This document shows, one piece after another, positions 1-12,947 of a stretch of DNA of 64,000 bases. The notes beneath the pieces were generated by a model. The model was not told the origin of the DNA, made no database searches, and saw only the letters and a list, made by a program, of their open reading frames with translations. Source of the DNA: Vermamoeba vermiformis. Taxonomy: Eukaryota. Where the stretch lies: positions 62,001 through 126,000 of the forward strand of contig JBEWZL010000213.1 of NCBI GenBank assembly GCA_045837725.1, in the 5' to 3' direction. Made by a program: the position numbers and the translations under genes. How positions within the stretch are numbered: the stretch's first letter is position 1; the number at the start of each line of letters is the position of its first letter.

Positions 1-1575
1 CCAATGAGGAACTTGAAGCCGTCCTGAAAAAATCGTTGCATTAGACAAAGCGCAATTCGCAGTACATTTAAATGAATACTTTAAGCAATAAATAGCATAT
101 TATTCCAAAAATAATTCATTACAAAGCTAAAATAGCTAATAAATTTCGTTCCCAAAAGAAGCTTCGGAAACGAAACAAGAAATTTGAATAGACAATTCCA
201 ATTATCGATAACGAGACCGTAGTATTGTCTAAAATATGTATATAGCCATAAATATCGAAAATGTTAATAAGACTTACGCCAATCAAAGCGGGCAAATCGC
301 ACCAGAACTCAGAGTTGGGAACCATTTCCTTGCCGCGTTGCTTCTTGATGGCAGCGTTGAAGATGAGACCACCAACGAAGTAGACGAACAACAAGCAAGC
401 AACGCTATATTTAAAAATATTTGTTAATAAAAAAGCCTTGCTGGATCTATCAAAATTAAAACGGGACAAAACGAAGCAAATAACGAAAAAAACTGTTAGA
501 CCGCAATAATAATCTAGAAGGGTTGTATGGTGTGATTTAATACCGCGTAATCGAGTTGAACGCCGAAAAAAATTGGATTAAGGTTTGATCCGTATGTTTT
601 AACGCTACTTACATGATGATGAAGATCCAGCCACCATCCATACCGCCAGCAGGGCAAGCGTGAGCAGAGGTACCGTTGATATAGAAGACAGGGGGTTGTT
701 GCTGAACAAATAAGTTAGATCTGATCGGATGTGTGCTGGATTCTAGAATGACATGTCGTCCGAGCTCAATAATAATACTTACAGGCTCAGCACCATAAGG
801 AGTTCCCCAGTTGATAACGTTGGTAGCCTCTGTAATTGAGGAAATTTAGTAAATACGAAAAAACGTTTCGAATCGCGCATGCGACTTACTAGCATCGCAA
901 ATAAGAGTAACAACGGTAGCACGAGGGCCTTGAGGGTTGCAAGAACCGCACATATCACCACCTTGGTATTGAATTTGGAAACCGTGACCATTGTCTGAAA
1001 AGAAAAAGTCAGATCGGGCGCTCATTTTAATAGATAAAGCAATGTAACTTTGTAACAATTATGAATTGCATATTACTTAATTATTTGATTGAATTATCGC
1101 AGTTTGGTTGATTTACTTACTCAAACCAGTGAGTTGAGCAGTATCCCAGTGACCGAAGCACTTAGCGTTGGTAGGAGCAGGACCCCAGCTCTGGCAAACA
1201 CCAGCAGTGTTGGGACCAATGCAAGAGCCAGCGCAACCGTAAGGAGAGTTGGCGCAGATAGAAATGTTAAAAGTGTAAGTGGAACCACCAGAATTTTGAG
1301 TAGCTTGCCAAATGCTAGTAAAATACAAAATGTTAATAAACATGCACGAATATTATGCGCGAAGTAATTTTAGACGTCGTTATTATTTTTGGAAAATATC
1401 TTTCCATTGAATCCGGACGCGATGCGAAAATTAAAAAATAACGATATACTTACTTGTTAGCGAAAAAAGAAAGGTCGTAGGCAGAACCGTCAGCAGCCTT
1501 GAGCTTAGTGCTGCAAGAAGGAGCTTCAGCCAAAACAGTGGCTACCAAAGCCAAGCAGATTAAAGCACGAATCAT
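1..1575 (-). CDS. Mannose-6-phosphate receptor / ATG27-like type I membrane protein (multi-exon; 3' end runs off the window)
   Basis: ATG at 1575 starts the signal peptide MIRALICLALVATVLA. Spliced exons give a Cys-rich MRH-type domain (YTFNISIC, YQGGDMC, VVTLIC, SAHACP), a TM segment (GGWIFIII..VACLLFVYFVGGLIF) and the tail GKEMVPNSEFWCDLPALI|DGFKFLIG. Confidence 0.75.
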
Positions 1576-2112
1576 TGTTTGATAGGATATAACACACCAA
1601 CGAATGTGGTTAGACTCTTAGTTGTGCTTTTAAACGTTTATGAATAAACAGAAAATAAATAAAATGATTTTGCTTCGTTTTGATTTTTTGGTGGAACTTT
1701 CTCACTCGCGCAAAAAAAATCAGAAGTTACCCACCGTTGTAAGAATGCACAACTAGGGACTACCAATCGAACAATTGTCGTTATGCTTTAGCTATGCTAG
1801 CAAGGCGACTCCTTTAGAGAAACACCGAGCGAATTGCGCCATAAGTAATTAACAGCTCAAGGTAGGCACCTTTATTATCAATAGAAATTCGCGACCGAAG
1901 ATCAATTTCGAGTTCCGTAGCGTACCATTAACCATGCAATTCAAAATCAATTGTTGAAAGACCGATCAATCAATTTTTTTGATCAAGTCGAAATTGAGTT
2001 ACTGAATTATTTTCATTTGAATGACGATTCAAAACGGCATTGCAATACAAAATTTAACGACTGTGCCTGAAGTGACGGCAGAGAAAAAAATGCAAACGCC
2101 ATCTCCAACAAG

Positions 2113-2184
2113 GGCTGCATAGTATAATGGCTATTATATCGGATTTTGATTCCGAGGATCCCGGTTCAATTCCGGGTGCGGCCT
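2113..2184 (+). tRNA. trnQ: tRNA-Gln(UUG)
   Basis: Cloverleaf: acceptor GGCTGCA/TGCGGCC, D-loop TAATGG, anticodon stem TCGGA/TCCGA with loop TT-TTG-AT, T-arm CCCGG-TTCAATT-CCGGG. A T-run (Pol III terminator) follows. Confidence 0.93.
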
Positions 2185-2404
2185 CTTTCTTTTTTTATTG
2201 CTAGAGCATGCGTTCACGACAAACAAATTCGCCGTGCCAACAACCTTTTTTTTTGACTTGTCTGTGAATGGAGAGGCCGGCAAGTTCCTCCGCATCGAGA
2301 CCTAGAATGTTCTTTGTGCACGGCTGACAAAAAGCGGGATCTTTATTTAATTGTGTTAACCTGTGCACAGATCAACACACGCCAATCTTACAACTTGATA
2401 CATA

Positions 2405-2803
2405 ATGCAAGCACACGAGCTATTCGCAGCGCACGTTCAACTCGTGACAACGGATGCAGCAAAATGGAGAGCGCTGTGGGCTGACGATGCAGTCATGGAG
2501 CTTCCTTATGTTTCCTCAATTGGTATGCAGGATAAATATGTCGGACTCGATGCCGTGTACAAATTTATGCAAGAGACGATCGTGTGTCAATTTGCCGACT
2601 CCGCTGTCACCAATCTGCGAATCCAACAAATTGCCGGAAGCGATAGCTGCGTAGGAGAGTATGAATTACGCGCAACTATCAAGGACACCGGAAAGGTCTA
2701 CAATCCGAAGTACATTATCCTTTTAACAGCGAAAGATGGCAAGATCACCTATTTAAAAGAATATGTCAATCCTTTGAGCATCACCGCAGCTTTTAATAAA
2801 TAA
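2405..2803 (+). CDS. SnoaL-like / NTF2-family (PhzA/B-like) protein, intronless
   Basis: 132-aa ORF with the SnoaL/PhzA-B pattern LWADDAVMELPY...GLDAV...TGKVYNPKYIILLTAKDGKITYLKEYVNP. Confidence 0.8.
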   Translation: MQAHELFAAHVQLVTTDAAKWRALWADDAVMELPYVSSIGMQDKYVGLDAVYKFMQETIVCQFADSAVTNLRIQQIAGSDSCVGEYELRATIKDTGKVYNPKYIILLTAKDGKITYLKEYVNPLSITAAFNK

Positions 2804-4631
2804 TTTATTAATTAAACCTTCATTAATTTGCCTTTGCTCGTAATTTTCAGACCGTCTGGTAAAATATTTCGGCATGCATCCAGTTTTCCCAACTCACCTA
2901 ACAACCACAAACGGCATCATGAAGATTTATTATACTAATAGAAAGATGTCAACCAAACTTAATTCCTCCCTCATTTATTTATCCCCTTCGAGAGTTGCAA
3001 GCCAACCGGTGGTGATCAAGGTAATTACATTAAATTTCTTTAATTATTTGTTATTTTAACGTGGTAATTATTGGTATTCGTACAGCATTACATTTCTATT
3101 TTTCCGTATAAATTTTAAAGTATCTGGTGGAGTTTGATCCATTTTTTAAACCACAACATTGAATTAAATTGCCTGTTACGTACCAATGTAATAATAATAT
3201 TCTAATTTTTGATATAGTGCGCTGATTTGTCAAGTCTCACTCTACGCCTGGCCGCCATAACCAATGACTCTTGATCTTATTCGCATAGCCTCGGTACAAA
3301 TGCGTGATTGCTTTAGCGCTCTCTAATTTGAGAAAGCGTAGTAAGGTATTGGCCGGATGATTTGGGAGTTATCAGGTATGGATCTGAAACCGCGTACGGA
3401 GTTTGTTTGGGTAAGCGCTGAACTCCTCTGTGTATACAAAAGTATTTTCCGAACTTACAAGCATGTTTAGGATGCATGCGGATATATTTAGCGGATGAAT
3501 AAGACGCATCCAACTCGTTAGTGGATCCGCTTTCTCGTACGGAGTTCTAAGAACTGGATGTGCCTATGAATTCGAACCAGTGCTGAGTCAATCGAATGGC
3601 TATTTCATATAAGAGCGGTGTATTTCACGTATCTCTTGTGGAAGTTTGCCTAATTTAAGGTTCGGAACACGAGAGATTGCGCCGACAAGCGAGGTCATGT
3701 GACTACGAAAGAAATAAGCCGCTGAACGATCGAGGCAAAGATTGGACATGTATCTAGGCATATCTTGGTAGGTCTTATGATTCTCGTATTGAATTACGGA
3801 ACATTTTCAGTAAGCTCACACTTGCCCGTTTAGTACACTGCGGATCCGATCAGTTCTGCATTGGCCAAACATCAATGTTACCCATCAATTCCACGACATC
3901 CAATACACTAGTATGCATAACAAGCACCCCCATGCATAAGTGACCTAAACAGCATGCTTGAATGGACACGGATGTGTAGCGATCTGATCTCAACTCGGTA
4001 AGTCCTAATTTAGAGTTGCTTTGTGTCGTAGAGATTAGAACTTCGTTATTATACAAGACGGCTATATGCATAGTCTTTCGAGCGGTAAATTATTGTTCTT
4101 GAACGACACGAGACATCGTCCAAGCAAATTTTGTGAAATCATTGAATACTTCCACTTAGCCTTTTCAAGTTAAGTGCGTTGAATCAGACGTATATTAATT
4201 AATATTTGTTATATTTGAAAGTAAGAGCAATCGCGTATCAGATCTAACAACTCCGTGTTTGATATTAATAGCAAGGAGTAGATCCGTGCATTAATAGATG
4301 GTCACGTGTTTGCGACTATTTTTAATAACAAAATATAATACGAACCCGTGTCCGGGCTTTTGATCAGTTTAATTTTCATGAACGTTTGCAAAAGTTATAT
4401 TTTTCCGTTCTTAATTTGGAAAACCTTTGCGCGAATTTTTTACCAGATAATCCGCGAATTCTATTTTAGCTAATATTCTGTATCTCAGGTGCCAATCTGT
4501 TGTTGTCGTTAATTTTTCCTCTGCTGCAATAATTCCTTGGCAAGAATAAATAGCGAACTCCAGCATCATTTCTAATCAACAAACAAACAAGCAACAACAA
4601 GTTGATCAGTTAGAAACTTAATTGGTCAATC

Positions 4632-7021
4632 ATGGCTCGCTCTATCCGTTCATTCGCTTTCTTCGTTCTTGCGATCTTGTCGATCGCCAATGCTCAAACG
4701 ATCAACCACGGCTTCATCTCTAATATTGATCGTCAGACATCTCGTAAGTAAATCTCAAACAATATTTCAACGCAAATATTAATTTATTATGTTTTTATAG
4801 CCTACTTCTTGTCCTTCCGAGCGGATTTGAGCGGTTTAGGCTCATTGGCTGGTATTAACGTTTTCTACTCAATTGGTATCTCTGCTGGTAGCACCGAAAT
4901 ATTGACTTGGACCCAAATCAACAGTCCTCAAGCTGTCAACACTATTGTCGAGACTTTTGCCACTCCTCTTCCTGAGGACTACACGATCTACATTAACTTG
5001 AAGACTGTCGACACTAACAACGGCAATGCTGAAAATGTCTACAGCAGCTCTTCGCTCAAGGGTAAGTTTTTATAAATTAATCGCGATAGGACGGTTTTTA
5101 ACGAATTTAAATTTTAGTCGGCAACAGATTGACTTCTGATCCTACTTGCTCTGCCATCTTCAACCCCGTTGGTACCTCGACTGTTTCTCCTCCTCAACCT
5201 GTTATCACTATCGAATACGACAACGACCAACAATTGTTCCACTTCGATATTGTTGCTAAATATTTGCTCCAAGGATACACTTGGGTTATTGACTTTGCTC
5301 CCTTCACTGGTGATTACACTAAGGGTAATTATTGCGATACTAGTGTCGTAGCCGAGTAGACGTACTCATATTTGCTTATTTAGGTACTAATGGTTTGGCT
5401 GCTACCAACTGCGAGAACAGACAAGCTGCTGATCTCAGCGGTCGAAATTTCGCCGAATTTTGGAACGCCGCTCCTGCTGCTACTTACTCTGGTGCTCTTA
5501 ACAGCAAGAACTATTTGTCCTATCGTATTGGCTCTTCGTAAGTATTTATTATTAATTTAATTTTTTTCCGATTGCCACGGAATTTTTCTATTTCCTTTTT
5601 TGGCAATGTGGGCTACAAATCGTGAATTGCGGATATATTCTAATTAGAATTATTCGAATAGTTCTCCCAAATGGACCGTTTCCAGCAATGGTTGCGATAA
5701 GGTTACTTACACTACTCCTGGATTCTCCTTCAACGACTTGTTGAGCTGCAAGCAAGCTGATGGTACTACTCCCTCTATCATCCGCACTATTGTTGGCAAC
5801 TCCATCCAATATAACGGTAAGGATTAATTTCAGGTCGCTAAAAAAAAGAATAATTTCCTGATCGGATGCGTTATTTAGGTACTCTCTACGTCACTGCTGT
5901 TAAGGCTGTTAACCCCTTGGATGCCACTGCTGGTTTCCAAACCGTTCAATTCACTATGCCCTTCTTTGTTTCATTCTCCGTCTCTTCGACCTCGATCAGC
6001 TCTGGTACCGACAACAACATCTTCGCTTTCTCGATCTCCTCGCTCTATATTCAAGCCGATGGTAACCTCGCCATGTCTCTTGCTACCAACGCCATGAACA
6101 ATGGCTATTAGTAAGTTTTAATTTAAGTTCGAAGAATTATTTTTTGAGCCGGATCTAACGTTCAATTTTCTCAGCTTGACCTCTCCTTCCGTCGGAACTA
6201 AGCCCAACGGTGTTAATCTTGCTGTTGCCAACCCTACTCCTTCCAACACTCAACAGCAGATCTGGACCTTCAAGACCTCTACTCCAGTCACTGACTACTC
6301 CGGTGCTTACGCCATTTCATTCACTCGTACTGACGGCACTGCGACTCAAACCGTCACTGCTCAATTCACCCTCTCGTTGTCTGTTAGCAACTCGTACAAC
6401 AACAACGGCTTGACCTTGCCTACCGTCCTTTCTTTCTGGGATTCTAACGCCTTCACCGGATCTCAACAAAAAACTACTTACACTTCGCTCGACACTATCT
6501 TCGTTAAGAGCACTGTTACTATTCAAAACAATCAAGATCAAAACTCTTATGCCAACAGCATCTACAACGTTTGGTTGTGCTACACTGTTGACGGATCTGT
6601 TCCAGTCTACAACCCCACTAACAACCAATTGGGCTGCACTGCGCAAACTTGGAACATTCGTCCTCTTTCTCGCCTCGTGTTCAACGGTCAAATCTCTACT
6701 GGTGTCCTCGAAGACCAATTCGCCACCGCTGTCTACAACACTATTAACGGCTTGACATCTGTCAACTCCGGTGTTTCTTTCAGCGCAGCTCCTTTGGCCA
6801 CGCTCAAGTCCGGCACCTTCTACATCCAGATTGAATCTAAGATCAATCTCCCCGCTAAGAAGCGATCTTTGATGGGCGAACAAGCTACCAGCCATGAGAT
6901 CCAAAACTTCGCCATTAGCACTGATACTCTTCCTGGTAAGACTCCTATTGCTTCATCTGCCCCTGTCGCTCAAGTCTGCACTGCCGCCGTTGCCCTCTTC
7001 GGTGGTCTCTTGTTGCTCTAA
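4632..7021 (+). CDS. Secreted, probably GPI-anchored cell-surface glycoprotein (multi-exon)
   Basis: Signal peptide MARSIRSFAFFVLAILSIANA, Thr/Ser/Asn-rich beta-strand exons with strong codon bias, a basic KKRS site near the C-terminus, and a hydrophobic C-terminal end (AAVALFGGLLLL*). Confidence 0.8.
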
Positions 7022-7225
7022 ATGTCAGAGCAGATCTGACCTTCAGTACTTCAATACGAACCCACTGCATTGGGACTACGCGCTTGTAGTTGTGTTGAAC
7101 TACTATCTTACTCGCTCTTTTTCATTGTACTTTTAGATTAGTAAAGTTTAGTCCTTTTTCAAATGCGGTCTTAATTTTATATTACATTTTTCGCTATTGT
7201 ACAAAAAAAGCTATTACTCTCATCG

Positions 7226-8759
7226 TCAACTCGTCTCAAAATTCATCTTCGCATCATTATTATAGATGCCAAACGGGTCAAAAGGTGTATTATGATTATG
7301 ATTGTCAGGTTCTGCCGTGTCAACGTTTGTTGGCGGCATGTCAAACATTTGAACGTGTTGCAGACCCGGTACATCCGAGAAATCAAACGAATGTAATGGA
7401 GAAGGTAGCAGTACTTTGAGATAGTCTCGCGATTGTTGAGGAAGTTCGTGTGGTTCAGGGAATTTTATCCGAAATTGAATGATCAGATCTCCTCGGCTTT
7501 GGTAACTGTTTCCGTTGGGCATTCCTTCGTTCAATACAACTTTCGTGTCACCTAGTAAGGTGTTAGATTTAAAAGCTATTTATAGGGTTATGGCGCTTTA
7601 TTCTTTTTACCTGGCGAAACTATTTGACCGTAACTGGATCTGACGAGCAGTAGACGACCGTCTAAGTGGTTTATAACGAATTGGAAGCCGGTTAGCGCTT
7701 CAACAAGTGATAATTCATGATCCACAATCAAGTCATTCTGTTGCCGTTTAAAAACTGGATGTTTCTGTTCTTCGAGTATAACAATCAAGTCCCCAGGAGA
7801 TCCGCCAGGCTAAATGCTATGTTAGCGTAACGGCGATGGAATTTAATCGTCAAAATCGTTTTTTTCTTAGTTTGAAAGAATCGTCGGAGTTTCCTCCAAA
7901 ATTTCCCTCAAGTTAACCAAATAAGGAAATGAAGTTGGGATCTTGCATTCGCTTACAGTTTGATCTCCTTCTCCTTTAAACTTGCTTCGCTGTCCAGTTT
8001 TAGCTCCGGGTGCAATTGTCACGTCTGTAATCTTTTCTTCGTTGCAGACTTTGAATCCGTGGCATTTTTCGCAATTATCGAGGTCTTCGACCACGAAACC
8101 TTCATAAATAATTAGTATTTGGCATATTGTTACTTATTAATTCATACCTTTTCCTTTGCACGCTTGACATTCTTCAGGTTGGCTTTGTTCAAGTTGTAAA
8201 CCGAATGCCATTGGCTTTGAGGGCGTGAAAATTCCGCTCCCTTTGCACAATGAACACGCGCGATTACGTTTTTTCCTCGGCGCGCCTTGTCTGTTAAATG
8301 CAATTAAGACTAGCTTAATTTACAAATGTCATACCCTTCGCATTGATTGCAGATCGCTTTCTTTTGAATTTTTAGTGGTTTAATAGCTCCATTATAGGCT
8401 TCCTCTAACGTTATATTCATATGAGCGATAATGTCTTGACCTCGAACTGCCGTAGGATCATAAGCTTGTGGTCTAAATTCTTGACCCGGATGTACGGTTC
8501 CATAAACATCGTACTTAGCTCTTGCGGTCTCATCGGATAATATTTTATACGCATTATTTATAGCTTTAAACTATAGAAGAGTTAGCGAAAAACAAGAAAA
8601 TCTCTGGGATCGCACCTTTTCATTCGCCAATGGATCTCCTCTATTTTTATCAGGATGGTATTTTGCAGCTAATATTCTGTACGCTTTGCTTATCTGCGCG
8701 ACAGTAGCGGACTTGGAGACCTCTAGGATCTCGTACAGGCTTCTACCAGCTTGATCCAT
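7226..8759 (-). CDS. Type I DnaJ/Hsp40 (DNAJA-like) co-chaperone
   Basis: J-domain with HPDKN, four CxxCxG zinc-finger repeats (CNQCEG, CSLCKG, CQACKG, CEKCHG), and C-terminal motifs [26 protein letters not shown]. Confidence 0.9.
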
Positions 8760-9122
8760 TTGCTATCCTTAGCTTGACAAGAAATGGATTTTAAATCTTT
8801 GTTTGTAGTCTTCGTTGGTAACAAGCTGAGAACAAAAAAAGAAATGATTCGGCAAACGAAGTGCGCGGGTGACACTTGATCGAGTTTTGAGAGAAATTTC
8901 GCACTTTTTGTTTGTCGTTGCGCCCTGCCCTGGCCGCTCATGAAAACTCCTTTCAACCTGCTCGTTTTTGATTACTCAAATGTGACTCAATATTCCTGGC
9001 CCTGGTTGATGTACCGTACAAACAGGAAGAAATTTGTCACTTGAACAGACAATTATTCTTTCATAAAACAACCACTACACTCTATTGAATAATGCATATC
9101 AGTACTATTACTACTAAATCTA

Positions 9123-10774
9123 TCACAGAGCAAAGATCATAACTGCCATCACGACGACAGACATCCAGCACTGACTGGCTGTTGATTTCGTTGCCGCTTT
9201 GGGTACTGTACTCGGAGTGGTCGATGCCGTAGGACTGGACGATGGTGTGCTGTCAGTGGGGGTCGAAGGGGCGACACAACCGTCAGGGCCGTATCCGTCG
9301 CCAGTAAAGCCTTCGTTGCAAGCACACGTGGCCGCGGTCACCGGACTTGGCGTGCATGTCGCGTGTTCGTTGCACGGATTGAAGATTGAATCGCAGCTCA
9401 GTTTCTTCAAAAACACTGAGCCAGTCATATCACCGATCACCCATAGCGCTCCCATTGAACTCACGCGCGAGTACATGTTGACGCCTGGTCTATTGAGCGG
9501 ATCTGCCTGACCGAGAGCTTGAATGACAGTGTTGGTCGTGCCATTGTGATAGTTCATCCATTGATTCGAAGTGATGTTGTAGTACCACTCTTCGTCCCCG
9601 TAGTCCGCATCGACTTCGTCTGAATAACCACCCTTGAGCGCGAGAATGTTATTGCCAGCGTAGGCCATGGAAGTGTACGTGGCTCCTTGAGGCCACGCAG
9701 CTGCAGAGAACTGTCCGCTGGTGCCGTAACTGGAGGTGAAACTATCGCCTCCTTGTTGGTGACCTCCCGCCATGCGTTCCCAACCACTGGCGCGGTCGAA
9801 CTTCCATAAGTCATTCATCACGAAGCCGGGCACGTCACCTCCAAAGAACCTACGGAATATGTTGTCAGTGGCAAGTACTTTTAATGAATAGAATATTATG
9901 GCAATCGATGATTACTGTCGGGTAAAAAAGTTGTATGAAGTTAGTGCTTACCAGAGGTTTCCTTTGTCATCTACGGCCGTAACAGGGGCGTAACGAACGC
10001 AAGGATAATTATTGAAGGAACTACCTGCGTCAGGGAACTGATTGAGCGTGCAGGTGGTGTTACTACCGCCCATCCAAGTCCACATCCCGCTACTAATTTT
10101 GTAACGGAACATTGCTGGCAGGCCATAACCATCAGAATATCCGTGCGAGAGCCACAAAGAGTTATCGTCATGCGTGTACCATGTTGCTGCAACGCGCAAG
10201 CAACCCGGATAAGTTGTTGAGGATTCAACGCCTCGATCACCGAAAACTTGATCGGTTTTTTGGGGCGTTAATTCTGTCCATACTTTGGATGAGCTGTTGT
10301 ACATCCAGAAATCGCAAAGAATGTTGAAGCTGTTATCAAGACCGCCGTACACCCAGATATTATCGTCTTTGTCGATCCAAATAGAGTTGTCGCTGCGAGG
10401 GATTGGGCCAGCACTATCACCAGAAGACCAAACGGCAGTCCAACGACCATTGATAACGTCGAAGTAGCGAAGAGAAGGAGAGCTGGCAACGCTAACCACA
10501 TTACCGCTTCTGCACGTGTCTGAAAATTTTGGATTTTAGTTTATAATTTTTAAATTTTTTACTTTACTGCAAAATACTTACTTCGACCTCCTAATATCCA
10601 TACTCTGCCTTGAGAGTCGGTAGCGCCATTTACTTGATTCGTATTCGTTATGAAAGTGCTGTTCTGCCAGTCACATCCGTCCAAAATCTGCTCTTGTAAA
10701 GCGTACCATGCCGGTAAGCACGTGGCAAAAGCGAATAATATACTCAACAGTATAATGTGCCTAATGAAGTGCAT
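9123..10774 (-). CDS. Secreted Kelch/galactose-oxidase-like beta-propeller + EGF + Ser/Thr/Pro stalk, probable GPI anchor
   Basis: Signal peptide MHFIRHIILLSILFAFATC, repeated W-x-Y/F-GG blades (VWILGG, IWVYGG, LW|FFGG), EGF motif CNEHATC..CACNEGFTGDG, PST-rich stalk and hydrophobic C-terminus. Confidence 0.8.
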
Positions 10775-10980
10775 CTTAGTGTAAAGAATGAAAAGTGAGT
10801 CAAAAAACGGTTGCTGCACCTTTTCGCTTGGTGAACGAATTGGGGTTTAAGGCAAACGAACTAGCGTCATATATTAATACGCATATTGGTCTATTCGATC
10901 ATGAATAATTGGAAGTAAGAAAACGCTGACTAAGACTTGACCGATCCAACCTTTGGAATACTATTTACATTTATTAACAA

Positions 10981-12947
10981 TTACAAAATCGTATATTGAT
11001 TAGTAACTTCCTCTAAATATGACTCGCCGACATCATTGTTAAGGGGATTAAAGTCCACATTCAGATCCAGAGCAAGATCGACGTCTAAAAATTCGTTAAA
11101 TGACAACGGAATCTCGTTGCTGTGATTCTCTTCTTCTTCAATTACTTCATATTCATCGCTAATATTATCGGTATGAGAGCTAGCCTCGCTAATTGGCAGA
11201 GCTCTGTGATCCAAGTTCGCATCCAGCTTCAACAACGATAAGAAGTCGAATGACCAATTCCAATGGTGTTTATGATATAAAGTGAACTAAAATAAGACAG
11301 TACCGTTAATATTAATTTTAATAAGGCAATCTATAGACTTCTACTTACGCGATGAATAATCATTCGTTGCACTGGATGTGGTGCCCTGGCATAAAGTTGA
11401 ATTAACGAACCAACTTTCGCTTTGGCTAAATCAACATTGCCTAATCTGATCGCTATCTCCGCATGAAGCGCGTCTAATTTGCAATGAAAAATGTCTCGCA
11501 CTTGATCTCGTTTCTCGGGTGGCGATTGGTTGATGTACCAATTAATGAAATATTCAGCTTTTTGAATGCAAGTGTCGGCTGACCTAAATATAGGTGTTAG
11601 AATACGTAACAATTATGACGACAGTGTTTTTTTCGGATTTGTACCTTAGATCTTGCTGTGAAGTCCATTTTGTGAACGACAAGTGATAATTTATATAGTA
11701 TTGAATAGTAGGACTGCTGGTCTATAATAATCGGTTTTGATAGACACTTTGTAATAACGTGTAAAAACGTTATTTTGTAGCGGATCCATTTTGGAGTAAC
11801 AGAGCACCAGAATTGCCCGCAAGAACGATAAAAATATAGAATGTATTGTATTACTTACGATAGGACCTTCAGTCTCTTCCAACTGTCGGATCTTTTCGAT
11901 TAACAAGTCTTCGTTTAGCCCATCCGGTCCCCAACATTCATGAAATAGCCTTCGAACACGCGTCCTAAATAAGAGATATATTAATTATTTATACGATTTA
12001 ATTTTAGTATTATGCGTACCTGTTCTCATATTCCTTATTGAATACGCCTTTGTGTTTGTTTTGTTCGTAGAGGTCAAAAATTAACATTGAAGTTGATTTT
12101 GAGCCGAAATAATTCTCGCAAAGTCTATAGTACGACACAATAAGACCCAATGATATGACTAGTTGAGGTGTCAGTTCAGGTGTCAAAGTGTCATTGGTGC
12201 CATCGCGAGTGTAAAGTATAGTATTGACGATACTATGCGCTATACGTATTATGTATTCTGCGGCATCGTCATAATAATTTGATTTAAGTCCTAAACAAAA
12301 ATTAAAAATTAATTAACGATATATTAATTAAAATGCTGGTATACTTTTGACATACCTAAGGCGAACATAATAAGGTATTCTAATATTGATAGTAATAATG
12401 GTGTCGGAAAGCCGTTGACTATTGTTAGAAAATCCGCAAAGTTGATCTGAATTATTGCTTGCCAGATCTTCGTTGCGAAATCCAAATTCGGCGCGAAATG
12501 ATTCGCATCAATATACATTAATCTACATGTTGCATTAAATTCCTCCATAAGGTAAGCAGCTGCCTCTGGAGATTTAATAAACTCTTCCGTTTGTGGTCTG
12601 AAATCTGGTCGTGCTTTCAATCCAGTATTTCGTTGAGATAAATTCTGCCATAATTCTGCCATTTTTTTGTTAAATTCTAATTCGAAATGCATTGCGTCAA
12701 GATGAACAGTGGATTTTTTGATTATTTTGAGTGGTTGATCTGCATTAATTTTTAATTCCTTCTTCAGGGCTATTTCTCGTGGCCCTTTTGGTCCTCGTTT
12801 AAGCCGCTCTCCATATACGCATTGCACATTTTTGTCTAAACATTTGCTGCATTGAGGCTTTTGTTTATCACAGCGGATCTTCCTCTCGTGACAATAATTA
12901 CACGCGCTTTGCTGTTTCAACGCTATTTTTTTCTCGTAATCGCTCAT
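10981..12947 (-). CDS. Zn(II)2Cys6 (GAL4-type) zinc-cluster transcription factor (multi-exon)
   Basis: ACNYCHERKIRCDKQKPQCSKCLDKNVQC followed by KRGPK, a helical middle region and an acidic C-terminus. Confidence 0.85.

Noticed and set aside
2874-4140. Coding-like but stop-riddled region, possibly a decayed gene
   Set aside because: I could not reconstruct a consistent frame or family motif by eye; a tBLASTx search would be needed.
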